Below, in pieces: positions 29,449-39,417 of a DNA stretch of 64,000 bases. Origin of the DNA: an uncultured Bacteroidota bacterium (lineage in GTDB: Bacteria > Bacteroidota > Ignavibacteria > UBA10030 > UBA6906). Each line of letters begins with the position of its first letter. Within the stretch, counting starts at the first letter, position 1. Location: positions 416,001 through 480,000 of the forward strand of contig CAVOYH010000001.1 in assembly GCA_963700635.1 (NCBI GenBank). Direction: 5' to 3'. Position numbers and translations under genes: made by a program. The notes below the pieces were generated by a model. The model had not been told where the DNA came from. It saw only the letters and a program-made list of their open reading frames with translations, and made no database searches.

Positions 29449-30738
29449 ATGTATCAAATCCAGAAACGTCTTGGTAAAGGTTTCTATGCACTGCTCAGTC
29501 TGCCGGCGACCGCGATGGGCTTTGCCCTTTCAATCCAGATCTCTGCGCTGAGCTGGCTCCTCACGACGCGTTACAATCTGGACATCCATGAGGTGGGGCT
29601 CGTCTGGGCCGCGGGTCCGATCGCAGGGATCGTGGGTCAGGTGATCATCGGACTCATCAGCGACCGGGTCTGGTTCTGGGGAGGGCGCCGGAGGCCCTTC
29701 ATCGTCATCGGAGGCACACTGGCGGCAGCCATGCTGTTTGCATTGCCAAACATACACGCCATCGACGGGGCGCTGGGTGTGGGAAATCTTCTCATCGTGG
29801 CGATTGCTGTTGCCCTCACTCTTGATCTTGCCATCAACGTCAGCTTTAATCCTACCCGCGCGATTATTGCCGATGTGACGCCCGAAGGCGTGGCCCGCAC
29901 CAAAGGGTACACCTGGATGCAGACGATTTCCGGATTCTTCGGCGTCCTGGCATATGTGATCGGTGCGGTCGCAGGGAATTTTGTCCTCATCTCGTTTGGT
30001 ATCGTCCTTGTCCTTCTGTTCTCGATTGTGCCGGTTCTGTTCATCACGGAACAGCGGACCCTGGGCCGGGGGCAGACGACGGAAGGCGGGGTCGCAGACC
30101 CTGCGCGGGCAACACAATGGGGGCAGCTGTTCCGCCTCTATGGAGCCCATGCGTTCTCATGGATCGGTGTGCAGACCATGTTTGTGTACATTATTGCATA
30201 TATTCAACAACATTTATCCTTGCCCGACGACACAGCGATTGCGGCCGAAGAATCCGGGCGGATCATCGCCATCGCATTTGCCGTGCTGAACACGGTCGGG
30301 TTCCTTCTCCCCGCGCCGATTCTGGAACCGCTGGCAAAACGTTTCGGGAGGGTACGTGTCCATACGGTCGCAGTCGGCATCATGTCGGCCGGCTATTTCG
30401 GGCTCGTTGTCGCCGGTTCGAGCCCTCTGATGTTATACACCCTCATGGCGGTCGTGGGGATCGGCTGGGCGTCGATTGTCTCCTTGCCGTTTGCCATTAT
30501 GTCCGAGAAAGTTGAACCGGGCCGGATGGGATTTTTTATGGGGATGTTCAACCTCTCCGTGGTCCTGCCACAGCTTTTTGTCAGTCTCGTCCTGGGTTCT
30601 GTCATTCTGCATGCGGCGGATAAATCGATTATCTTTATCATCAGTGGCACCGCTCTGGCGGCATCAACATTGATCTGGACGTTCGTTCGTGACGGGGAAC
30701 GACAGTCAACCAGGGTACAAGAGCAGAAAGGGCACTAA
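29449..30738 (+). CDS. MFS sugar transporter (SLC45/sucrose-maltose GPH-like)
   Basis: About 12 TM helices. WAAGPIAGIVGQ..IG..SDR..FWGGRRRPF and MGFFMGMFNLSVVLPQ. Confidence 0.88.
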   Translation: MYQIQKRLGKGFYALLSLPATAMGFALSIQISALSWLLTTRYNLDIHEVGLVWAAGPIAGIVGQVIIGLISDRVWFWGGRRRPFIVIGGTLAAAMLFALPNIHAIDGALGVGNLLIVAIAVALTLDLAINVSFNPTRAIIADVTPEGVARTKGYTWMQTISGFFGVLAYVIGAVAGNFVLISFGIVLVLLFSIVPVLFITEQRTLGRGQTTEGGVADPARATQWGQLFRLYGAHAFSWIGVQTMFVYIIAYIQQHLSLPDDTAIAAEESGRIIAIAFAVLNTVGFLLPAPILEPLAKRFGRVRVHTVAVGIMSAGYFGLVVAGSSPLMLYTLMAVVGIGWASIVSLPFAIMSEKVEPGRMGFFMGMFNLSVVLPQLFVSLVLGSVILHAADKSIIFIISGTALAASTLIWTFVRDGERQSTRVQEQKGH

Positions 30739-32000
30739 TGGGTATACAACGTTCCCTTCGAATACCCGCGGCACTGACCGTGGTGGTGCTACTTACGATC
30801 GTCGCCGGCGTCTGGCCCGGATGTTCCGGCCGTGATGACGGGCGGATCCGCATCCGACTCTGGCATCAGGACCGGATTGAGATACGTGTGATGCTGCAAC
30901 GCCAGATCGACAGATTTATGGAATTACATCCCGAAGTCCGGGTGGAACAACTTTTTAAGGAAACGGAAGAACTCAGGTCCGGCTTTATTATTGCCGCTCT
31001 TGCCGGCCAGGGTCCGGAGATTGTCTACGGTCCTTCCGACCAGGTGGGCCCGTTTGAGATCATGAGTATTATTCTTCCTCTTGAAGACGTGTTTGAAAAG
31101 GAGTGGCTCGACCAGTTTGATGAACGGGGCCGCACCTGGTACCGGGGCCATCTGTATCAGTTGGCGGACAAACTGGGCAATCACCTGACCCTCGTGTACA
31201 ACAAGGCCCTTGTCCCGGTTCCTCCTTCTACGGAAGAGGAATTGATTGAGATAGCGAAACGTGTCACCGTGGATCTGAACAACGACGGCAAGACGGACCG
31301 TTACGGGCTCACCTGGAATTACACCGAACCATTTTTCTTCATTCCGTTTATGACAGGGTTCGGCGGCTGGATCATGGATGCCGACGGAAACCCGACGCTG
31401 GACAACCAGGGAACCGTGAACGGGTTGAAGTTCATCACACAGCTGCGCGACGTGCACAAGGTGATACCCAATGAGGCCGACTACAATGTTGCCGATATTC
31501 TTTTCAAGGATGGGAATGCGGGGATGATCATCAACGGCGACTGGTCCTGGGCAGGGTACAGGAATGCCGGTCTGGATATAGGCGTTGCGCCGCTTCCGCG
31601 GATCACTTCCACCGGCCTGTGGTGTTCGCCGATGGTCTCGCCCAAAGGGTTTTCCATCAACGCCAACGTTTCAGACGAGAAACGGAAATGGTCGGTTGCC
31701 CTTATCCGTTACCTGATGTCGCCGGAGAACCAACTTGAGGCGACAAAGGAGCTGTTTACGATGCCGACGCACAAGGCAGTTCAATCGGGCGACTTTGTGC
31801 AGACAAACGAAATCCTCCGTAATTCAAAGATTCAGATCGAGCATGGCCGCACCATGCCGGTTGTTCCGGAACTGAGGGCGATCTGGGATGCAATGCGCCC
31901 GAGTTATCAGGCAGTTCTGGCAGGTACAAAAAGCGCCGAGCAGGCGGCACGTGACATGCAGCTCATGGCACTTCGCCGGATAAAGGAAATGAACGAATAG
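30738..32000 (+). CDS. malE: Maltose/maltodextrin ABC substrate-binding protein, probably a lipoprotein
   Basis: Hydrophobic leader ending WPGC, LVYNKALV, AGMIINGDWS, GVAPLP and MPVVPELRAIWD. Precedes malF/malG-type permeases. Confidence 0.85.
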   Translation: MGIQRSLRIPAALTVVVLLTIVAGVWPGCSGRDDGRIRIRLWHQDRIEIRVMLQRQIDRFMELHPEVRVEQLFKETEELRSGFIIAALAGQGPEIVYGPSDQVGPFEIMSIILPLEDVFEKEWLDQFDERGRTWYRGHLYQLADKLGNHLTLVYNKALVPVPPSTEEELIEIAKRVTVDLNNDGKTDRYGLTWNYTEPFFFIPFMTGFGGWIMDADGNPTLDNQGTVNGLKFITQLRDVHKVIPNEADYNVADILFKDGNAGMIINGDWSWAGYRNAGLDIGVAPLPRITSTGLWCSPMVSPKGFSINANVSDEKRKWSVALIRYLMSPENQLEATKELFTMPTHKAVQSGDFVQTNEILRNSKIQIEHGRTMPVVPELRAIWDAMRPSYQAVLAGTKSAEQAARDMQLMALRRIKEMNE

Positions 32001-32008
32001 GCCTTGCG

Positions 32009-32917
32009 ATGACCATCTCTCCCCGCACACGTCACCGTCTTTACATTTTTGCCCTTGTTGCGCCGGCTTTTGTTGTGCTCTTCGGCGTTGTCGTGTATCC
32101 CTTTTTCTACAACGTCATTCTCTCCCTTTCGAACATGAGCCTGCGCCACATCAAAGATTGGGAGATCATCGGATTTGGTCAGTATGTGAAGGTCTTTACG
32201 GAACCGTCTCAGCCGGATTTTTATATGGTGTTCGTGAAGACGATTATCTGGACGGTCGTCAACGTTGTGTGTCATGTCGTCATCGGGGTTTTTCTGGCGC
32301 TGGTGTTGAACCAGAAAGAAATCCGGGGGAAGGGCATTTTCCGGGCGATCCTGGTGCTTCCGTGGGCTGTGCCCCAGCTTATCGTCGCCCTCACCTGGCG
32401 CGGCATGTTCAACTACGAGTTCGGGGCCATTAACCTGATGCTGACACAGTGGCTGGGGGTTGAGGGGGTGCAGTGGCTCCGGCAGCCGCTGGAGGCCTTC
32501 CTCGCCGTGATCATCACCAACGTCTGGCTGGGTTTTCCGTTTATGATGGTCATCGCGCTCGGGGCGCTGCAGAGTATTCCGCACGATCTGTATGAGGCGG
32601 CGGATATTGACGGCGCCTCCTGGTTGCACAAGCTCCGCCACATCACCATTCCGCTTATACAACCCGTTATGGTGCCGGCGATCACCCTGGGTACGATCTG
32701 GACATTCAACAACCTGAACATCGTCTGGCTGGTGAGTAATGCAGGCGAGCCGTCGGATCAAACCCATCTGCTCGTCTCATTTGTCTACAAGGCTGCGTTC
32801 AATTTCTACCGGTATGGATACGGCGCGGCGCTGTCCATGATAATCTTCTTTGTCCTGCTGGCGTTCAGTCTCGCCTTCATGCGCAAATCAAACGTCACAC
32901 AGAATGTGTATTCCTGA
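32009..32917 (+). CDS. malF: Sugar ABC permease (MalF type)
   Basis: LPWAVP, NVWLGFPFMM, and EAA loop LYEAADIDGAS. Confidence 0.92.
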   Translation: MTISPRTRHRLYIFALVAPAFVVLFGVVVYPFFYNVILSLSNMSLRHIKDWEIIGFGQYVKVFTEPSQPDFYMVFVKTIIWTVVNVVCHVVIGVFLALVLNQKEIRGKGIFRAILVLPWAVPQLIVALTWRGMFNYEFGAINLMLTQWLGVEGVQWLRQPLEAFLAVIITNVWLGFPFMMVIALGALQSIPHDLYEAADIDGASWLHKLRHITIPLIQPVMVPAITLGTIWTFNNLNIVWLVSNAGEPSDQTHLLVSFVYKAAFNFYRYGYGAALSMIIFFVLLAFSLAFMRKSNVTQNVYS

Positions 32918-32920
32918 GAG

Positions 32921-33772
32921 GTGGTCGCTATGGTGCGGAGCAAATCGGCAACAACGATTCGGTTGATCGCCAGTTATACGGTGCTTGTGATCTTTGCGAT
33001 CATAGCGCTGTATCCCGTCCTCCAGATTGTCAACATTTCACTCCGTCCGGCGGACAGGCTTCTCTCAACCTCGCTCGAGTTGATACCCGAACATGCGTCG
33101 CTGGACAACTACGTCGCGCTGTTCACGGAGCGCCCCTTTCTTGTGTGGTTGAGCAATAGCACGTTGGTCGCTCTTGTTGTCACCCTCACAGGGGTGGTTC
33201 TGGCTTCCACGACGGGATATGCATTTTCGCGTTACTCGTTTGTGGGGAAGAGGGCGGGGTTGCTGAGTCTGCTCGTTACGCAGATGTTTCCTGCCACGAT
33301 GCTGCTCCTGCCGATGTATATCATGCTCGTAAAACTCCATTTGATAAACACCTTTCTCGGCATCGTGATCATGTATTCCGCCACGGCGCTGCCATTCTGT
33401 ATCTGGCAGATGAAAGGATATTACGACACGTTGCCCGTCAGTCTGGAAGAAGCGGGCAGGATTGATGGCGCATCGCAGATGCAGATCTTTTTCAGAATTA
33501 TCCTGCCTCTGGCCGCACCGGCCCTGGTCATCACGGCGTTGTTTTCGTTTATGGCTGCCTGGACAGAATATGTCGTGGCGGCGCAGATCCTGCAGGACAC
33601 GGAGCTCTGGACGCTCCCCCTCGGCCTGAAGTCGTTTGAGTCCAATATGGGTTCTGAATGGGGGCTCTACGGCGCCGCTTCGGTGATGGTCACCATCCCG
33701 GTCGTGCTGCTTTTCCTCTCTCTCAGTCGCTGGCTGGTGTCGGGGTTGACGCTGGGCAGCGTAAAAGGGTAA
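32921..33772 (+). CDS. malG: Sugar ABC permease (MalG type)
   Basis: TQMFP, KGYYDTLPVSLEEAGRIDGAS, TLPLGL and GLTLGSVKG. Confidence 0.92.
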   Translation: MVAMVRSKSATTIRLIASYTVLVIFAIIALYPVLQIVNISLRPADRLLSTSLELIPEHASLDNYVALFTERPFLVWLSNSTLVALVVTLTGVVLASTTGYAFSRYSFVGKRAGLLSLLVTQMFPATMLLLPMYIMLVKLHLINTFLGIVIMYSATALPFCIWQMKGYYDTLPVSLEEAGRIDGASQMQIFFRIILPLAAPALVITALFSFMAAWTEYVVAAQILQDTELWTLPLGLKSFESNMGSEWGLYGAASVMVTIPVVLLFLSLSRWLVSGLTLGSVKG

Positions 33773-33802
33773 CAACGATTCATCTGAACGAAAGGCCTTT
33801 CG

Positions 33803-35119
33803 ATGGCCACGCCGCGTTTGTCATTTGTACAGATCTGGAATATGAGTTTTGGCTTTTTTGGAATTCAGTTCGGCTGGGGACTGCAGATGGCGAACATGAG
33901 CGCCATCTACGAATACCTGGGGGCGCGCCAGGATGAGATTGCATGGTTATGGATTGCGGCACCGCTGACCGGACTCATCGTCCAGCCAATCGTGGGCTAT
34001 TACAGCGACCGCACGTGGAACCGGCTCGGCCGGCGTCGTCCCTTCTTTCTTGTAGGGGCTGTCCTCTCCACGCTGGCTCTGATTGCCATGCCCAATTCAT
34101 CTGCGGTATGGATGGCTGCCGGCCTGCTCTGGGTGCTTGATGCGAGCATCAATATTACGATGGAACCGTTTCGGGCATTCGTCGGCGATCTGCTGCCCCG
34201 GGAACAACGCACCACAGGGTTTGCAATGCAGAGTCTGCTGATCGGACTCGGTGCCGTCCTCTCCTCGGCCTTGCCCTATGTGCTTACCAACTGGTTCGGG
34301 GTTACCAGTCAGACCGGCGCGGGGGTGATACCGGCGCCCGTACAGATTGCCTTCTATGTGGGCTCGGCGGTGTTCATGGCATCCGTCCTGTACACCATTC
34401 TTACCACAAGGGAATACCCCCCCACCGACATGGAGGAATTCGAGCGGCAAAAGGCACAGTCTGCCGGATTCGGGAACGCCTTCACCCAGATCATGCGCGG
34501 CATCGGAACCATGCCGAAAGCTATGCAGCAGCTCGCACTCGTCCAGTTTTTTACCTGGTTTGCTCTCTTCTGCATGTGGATCTATTTTGTTCCGGCTGTG
34601 GCCACGACAGTGTTTGGCGGGGCACCGGGTTCGCCGGAGTACCAGCGGGGGGTTGAGTGGGGGGGTGTCTGTTTTTCTCTCTACAATGGTGTTGCGTTTG
34701 TCTTCGCCTTTGTGCTCCTCGCACTGGCGCGCCATGTCTCACCGCGGGTGATTCACCGGCTTGCATTGGTTGCGGGGGGTGGTGGACTGATCCTGGCGGC
34801 TGCGCTTCAGGAGCAGTATGGGTTGCTCTTCTCGATGACACTGGTCGGGATTGCGTGGGCGAGCATCCTCTCCATGCCGTATGCCATGCTTTCCAATGCC
34901 ATCCCTGCGGAAAAAATGGGCTTCTACATGGGTGTGTTCAACTTCTTCATTGTGTTGCCGCAGATTCTTGCCTCGGCCGGACTCGGGCTGCTGATGCACT
35001 CGCTGCTTGGTGAAAATCCGATGAACGTCATCCTCCTCGGCGGTGGATCAATGGTGCTTGCAGGGTTACTCGTAGGTTTTGTTTCAAAAGAGGTTGAGGA
35101 CTTTGCGCCCCGGGGCTGA
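33803..35119 (+). CDS. MFS maltose transporter (SLC45/MalT-like)
   Basis: QIWNMSFGFFGIQFGWGLQ, VQPIVGYYSDRTWNRLGRRRPF, LDASINITMEPFRAFVGD and MGVFNFFIVLPQ. Confidence 0.92.
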   Translation: MATPRLSFVQIWNMSFGFFGIQFGWGLQMANMSAIYEYLGARQDEIAWLWIAAPLTGLIVQPIVGYYSDRTWNRLGRRRPFFLVGAVLSTLALIAMPNSSAVWMAAGLLWVLDASINITMEPFRAFVGDLLPREQRTTGFAMQSLLIGLGAVLSSALPYVLTNWFGVTSQTGAGVIPAPVQIAFYVGSAVFMASVLYTILTTREYPPTDMEEFERQKAQSAGFGNAFTQIMRGIGTMPKAMQQLALVQFFTWFALFCMWIYFVPAVATTVFGGAPGSPEYQRGVEWGGVCFSLYNGVAFVFAFVLLALARHVSPRVIHRLALVAGGGGLILAAALQEQYGLLFSMTLVGIAWASILSMPYAMLSNAIPAEKMGFYMGVFNFFIVLPQILASAGLGLLMHSLLGENPMNVILLGGGSMVLAGLLVGFVSKEVEDFAPRG

Positions 35120-35154
35120 TGACCGGCATCGGGATCCGGACCGGGCTGCGCATA

Positions 35155-35694
35155 TCAGAGCGGATCTTCTTTCAACTTTCCATAGATCAGCAGATCCGTC
35201 ATCCGTCCATCCTTGCACACGGCCTGCCGCATTCGTCCCTCAAGGGTAAATCCCGCCTTCTCCAGCACTCTCGCCGATGCGGGATTCCATCCGAATGTAT
35301 TTGCGAAAATGCGGTTGATCTCCAGGTTGTTGAACCCCCACTCCGTGATTGCCCGCACAGCAAGGGTGGTAATACCTTTTCCCCAGTATGGTTCGGCCAG
35401 CCAGTAGCCCAGCTCGGCACTCCGGCGTAATACATCCGGCTGCGGATGGAGCCCGATTCCGCCGATAACTTCCTCCTTGGTGGCGATCGCAAATGCAGAT
35501 TGGGGTTTCATGGCCTGGACTTCTTTCAACCAGGCCTCGGCATGATGGACTTCGTAGGGGTGGGGGAAAATGTCGCGCAGATTCAGCCAGATGTTTTTGT
35601 TGTTGGCATACCGCAGCAGGTTGTTGATATCCTCCCGACGAAATGTCCGGATCATATACTCCCCGATGGGAAGCACCAGTTCGGGCTGGATCAT
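35155..35694 (-). CDS. GNAT acetyltransferase (RimJ/RimL family)
   Basis: AELGYWLAEPYWGKGITT and NPASARVLEKAGFTLEG. ATGA overlap with the upstream gene. Confidence 0.92.
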   Translation of the reverse strand: MIQPELVLPIGEYMIRTFRREDINNLLRYANNKNIWLNLRDIFPHPYEVHHAEAWLKEVQAMKPQSAFAIATKEEVIGGIGLHPQPDVLRRSAELGYWLAEPYWGKGITTLAVRAITEWGFNNLEINRIFANTFGWNPASARVLEKAGFTLEGRMRQAVCKDGRMTDLLIYGKLKEDPL

Positions 35695-38600
35695 GGTACA
35701 ACGAGCTCATCGTAGATATTCGAGTCTGCCGGATTGATCCGCCCGCCTCCGTGCCACTCACCCCGATCGGCATGGACCATTCGGAATTCACCGATACCGG
35801 CTCCGCCGTGATCATCCTGCCCTCCTGTAACAACGACAAATCTCCAGAGCGGCGTCGGAGTGCCGAGCATCGAAAGGGGGAGCGAGAAGCGTATGGTTCC
35901 TGCGACACTATTTCCTATCGGGTTTGCCACATCCTCCGGTAAAGGAACGTACTCCGCCAGGATCTTTCCGGTGTGATCTTCTATTCGCATCCCGCCTCCC
36001 ACGAGTATCAACCGTTCATATCCCAGGCCTCCGGGCAGGGCATAGTGTGCCTGCGCGGGCAGGTGTGTGCTGCCAGTTCCCATTTTCCCGTCTGTGTCTA
36101 TGGCAATCGCCACCAGGGTCAGCTGGAAACCGTATTCGGGATGCCAGCCGGGATCCGAGAGCGCCTTCAACTGTATCGTAAAGGAGGCATTCGTGGAATT
36201 TGTATCAACGGTGAACCTGGTGATATCAAACGATCCCGGCCGGAAATTCACGTTTGCAGGATACGTCAGTCGTCCACCGCGATCCGCAACTGCGCCGGTT
36301 CCGGTGTCATCTCCTGACGGATCGTGGACATCCAGGAAGGGTGCTGTCGTGCCGACCGCCGCCGTGACCTGTGCGTGTGTAAGCAGTGGATGGGCCGGAC
36401 CCCTGATCGTCTGTAGTCCGGGCGCCAGGGAGGGGGTAGCAAAGTGCAGGGCACCGGAGTTGTCAGCTGCAGCGCCTCTGTTGCTTCTCTGTGACGCAAT
36501 AAAATGCTGCTCTCCGTTCACCACGAGACCTGCTGTGGAATCATCCCGGTTCCACACCACGACTGTTCCTCCCGTGTACGGAAACGATATCGAAGAGGCC
36601 GAGGAAGGCCCTGTCGGGAGTTCAACGTTGACTCTGTATCGTGAGCTCAGCGGGGGGGCGGTCAGCGTGATGCTTGCAGGATGTGCTGTTGCATTGACCG
36701 TGACCCCCACTGTTTTACCCCCGACCGTGCATCGGGCTTCAACATTTCCGAGCGCTCTCGGGATTCGCGGGCGGATGGTTATGCTCCGGTCAAGTTCACG
36801 CACGGTGAGTCCCACATAATCATCAAAAACATTTCTCACGAATTCTGCGAGATTCCATGCCTGGGAGACCGTTCCGGAAAGCCGGGGCTCCCGTTCTCCG
36901 GGGCGCGTGAGCGCGTCCAGTAGTTCGGATTGTGTGCCCACTGCACCACGGCGGAGAATTTGATGAACGGAATTCATCGTGAGAATGAAGGCCGTGTCCT
37001 GTCTGCCGGCGGAACACAACTCCGAGATCACCGGGCCCTGCAGCCAGGTCCATACTGTACCGTTGTGGTACGCCGCATCCTTGGGATAGTACGGTGGATA
37101 TTCGTGATACGGGTGGAACTGCTTTTCCGTCTGAGCGAGGGAGGCTACACCGTACGGATAGGTGAGTTGTGTCATCACGGTACGCAGCATTGCCCGCCGA
37201 TTCGCCTCGGCAAGCAGGGGGGCGGTGAACACCTGGTTGGGCCTGACGTGAAGGTCAGGTATGCCGTCCGGACGGAGATGATCTGCAATACCATCCGGCC
37301 GGACGAACAAATGTGCAAATGAAGTCCGGAGTTGCTCAAGGACCGTGTGCCAGGCCCGGGCGGATTGGACATCCCCGAGGCGCGTGGCAAACCATATCCC
37401 CGCCTCCAGTTGCTGCGCCCAGAGTGCCTGAATATCATTGGCGCGATTTCCCCGCGGGCTCCACGGTCCGGAAGGGCCTACCGCATCCATCCACGTTTCT
37501 GCATCCCCGTGGGTAAGGAAGCCGAGACTATCCGTATGATACCGGAGTGTGCCTTCGATAGCCCTGAGCACGACCGGATAGAGTTCGAGCAGGAATGCTT
37601 CATCGCCGGAGCGCTCCACATACTCGCGTGCCATTTTTACAAAGCGGGGTGTTCCGTCTGCGGTGTTGAAGGCGGTGTCCGTTGTGGTCACGATATTGGG
37701 AATCCGGCCGTAGTCCATTGAGAGGGAATCACGTTTCTGGAATGCGCTGAAGGAGCGTAAAATTTCCCTTGCCTCAGCGTATGCGCCGGTAACGAGCGTT
37801 GCACCCGGCAGAGCAATGAATGTATCACGCCCCCAGTAGTTGTTGAACCAGGGTAATCCCGCAAAAATCCCCTTGCCTGTCTGGTTCATAATTAACGCAG
37901 AAAGGGAAAGTCTGGCCCAGGCCAATGCCTTGTTAAACTCCGTGTGGCCGGTGTTCACATATCCGCGTGAAAGTTCGGATTCCATTCGCTGCCGGCGTTC
38001 AGAGCGGAACCGGATCTCTTCGTGTGTGTAGGCCTGCAGGAGGCGGCTCACCTCCGACTCGTCGCGGCCCACCGCAAAGAGGAACAAGTGTTTCCGCGCC
38101 CTGGGTGCATACACCCTGACAGGAGAATACTGGCGGCCGACCCGGGTGTCAAGAGTCTCCGGTAGAGCGTTCGTCCCGCTGATTCCCATCCAGAGGGGAG
38201 TGCCCGGGGCACGGGCACGACGAAGATCGTGTGTCCGGGCGAGTATGGCGGCACCGGGTAAAAGCCGAATGACAAAGTCCTGACGGGAGTGCACGTCTGC
38301 AAAAAGAGGGACAATACCAGCATCGACAGGTGCGGGGAAGGTAAGAGTGATCGCCAGCAGAGCGATACTATCGGCCGGCCAGACCTCTTCGAGAATACCG
38401 CCGGGATAATGCCGTTCCAGGTGATCCGGAAATACGACGGTTCTGCTGGACGAAGTGCGTGGGAAGTCCTTTCCTTCCACAAGCATTAGATAATCGTCGA
38501 GGAATTCCTGTCCACGGACGTTAAAACCCTGCCAGCTGGCAGTATTGGGTCCGCCGGTTTCGCCATAGTAAAAGGCATCAATGGTATTTGTGTAGACGAA

Positions 38601-38705
38601 CGGACGTGAGTCCCCGCTGACCTCTATACCGAGTGTGGAAAGCGGCTGACCGGATGCGACACTCCCCAAGATGAGCACGATTGCGGAAAAACGCGTCGGG
38701 AGCAT
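35691..38705 (-). CDS. Amylo-alpha-1,6-glucosidase (GDE/GH133-like) with signal peptide and C-terminal glucodextranase DOMON-like domain
   Basis: AGLPWFNNYWGRDTFIALPG, NTADG, TWMDA, RPNQ, YHNGTVWTWL and QAWN. C-terminal DPSGDDTG...YP...FDI...YGFQL...IDTD. Confidence 0.85.
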   Translation of the reverse strand: MLPTRFSAIVLILGSVASGQPLSTLGIEVSGDSRPFVYTNTIDAFYYGETGGPNTASWQGFNVRGQEFLDDYLMLVEGKDFPRTSSSRTVVFPDHLERHYPGGILEEVWPADSIALLAITLTFPAPVDAGIVPLFADVHSRQDFVIRLLPGAAILARTHDLRRARAPGTPLWMGISGTNALPETLDTRVGRQYSPVRVYAPRARKHLFLFAVGRDESEVSRLLQAYTHEEIRFRSERRQRMESELSRGYVNTGHTEFNKALAWARLSLSALIMNQTGKGIFAGLPWFNNYWGRDTFIALPGATLVTGAYAEAREILRSFSAFQKRDSLSMDYGRIPNIVTTTDTAFNTADGTPRFVKMAREYVERSGDEAFLLELYPVVLRAIEGTLRYHTDSLGFLTHGDAETWMDAVGPSGPWSPRGNRANDIQALWAQQLEAGIWFATRLGDVQSARAWHTVLEQLRTSFAHLFVRPDGIADHLRPDGIPDLHVRPNQVFTAPLLAEANRRAMLRTVMTQLTYPYGVASLAQTEKQFHPYHEYPPYYPKDAAYHNGTVWTWLQGPVISELCSAGRQDTAFILTMNSVHQILRRGAVGTQSELLDALTRPGEREPRLSGTVSQAWNLAEFVRNVFDDYVGLTVRELDRSITIRPRIPRALGNVEARCTVGGKTVGVTVNATAHPASITLTAPPLSSRYRVNVELPTGPSSASSISFPYTGGTVVVWNRDDSTAGLVVNGEQHFIASQRSNRGAAADNSGALHFATPSLAPGLQTIRGPAHPLLTHAQVTAAVGTTAPFLDVHDPSGDDTGTGAVADRGGRLTYPANVNFRPGSFDITRFTVDTNSTNASFTIQLKALSDPGWHPEYGFQLTLVAIAIDTDGKMGTGSTHLPAQAHYALPGGLGYERLILVGGGMRIEDHTGKILAEYVPLPEDVANPIGNSVAGTIRFSLPLSMLGTPTPLWRFVVVTGGQDDHGGAGIGEFRMVHADRGEWHGGGRINPADSNIYDELVVP

Positions 38706-38711
38706 ACAGGT

Positions 38712-38930
38712 TTACCTCCCGAAAAGGATCGGAAGGAGGATATACGCCGCACTGAGACCGGAGATGATAAGGGTCACGAACATCCCAACAGTCCAGAAGA
38801 ACATGCGGAGATCCCCATCTTTTTGATTGGCTACGGCCAGAGCCCTTCGGAAGCACCATACCGAGGTGGCGAGCGTGACGAGGCTGATCGTTCCGAAGGC
38901 AAGCAGTAGTATGAGGTCAAGACGCGCCAT
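38712..38930 (-). CDS. Small two-TM hypothetical protein (72 aa)
   Basis: ATG 38930, two hydrophobic helices, and a stop 6 nt before the GDE start. Confidence 0.6.
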   Translation of the reverse strand: MARLDLILLLAFGTISLVTLATSVWCFRRALAVANQKDGDLRMFFWTVGMFVTLIISGLSAAYILLPILFGR

Positions 38931-39030
38931 GAGAAAATATACAAAACGACGCCACAGTATCCAAGTGGGAGAGTTGCAGTTCATTTTGGCTCTGGGTATA
39001 TTACAGCAAAAATGTCAAATGCAGGAGTGA

Positions 39031-39417
39031 ATGATGTCGAAGGCACGTGATGGGGGGATCCTGATTGTTGAAGACGAGCATGAACTGCGCAGTCTCTTTG
39101 CACTGCTGTTGGAGGTTGAGGGATATACGGTATACCAGGCAGACGACGGAAAACAGGGTCTGGAAGTCCTGCGGGCTCATGCCGGGGATATCGGGTTGCT
39201 TATCACCGACCTTAATCTTCCCCAGCTTGCGGGTATAGACCTCATCAGTCACGCCAGAACGATCAACCCTTCTGTCAAGATTGTCGGGACCAGCGGTATG
39301 GGTGGAACCGCCATCCGTGAGATGGTTCTGAAGGCGGGGGCAGACGTTTTTTTGCCGAAGCCGTTTCAGCCACAGGAGGCGATCCGCATGCTCAACTCCA
39401 TCATGGGAAAACCATGA
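39031..39417 (+). CDS. Single-domain response regulator (receiver)
   Basis: [16 protein letters not shown] (phospho-Asp), and FLPKPF. Confidence 0.92.
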   Translation: MMSKARDGGILIVEDEHELRSLFALLLEVEGYTVYQADDGKQGLEVLRAHAGDIGLLITDLNLPQLAGIDLISHARTINPSVKIVGTSGMGGTAIREMVLKAGADVFLPKPFQPQEAIRMLNSIMGKP

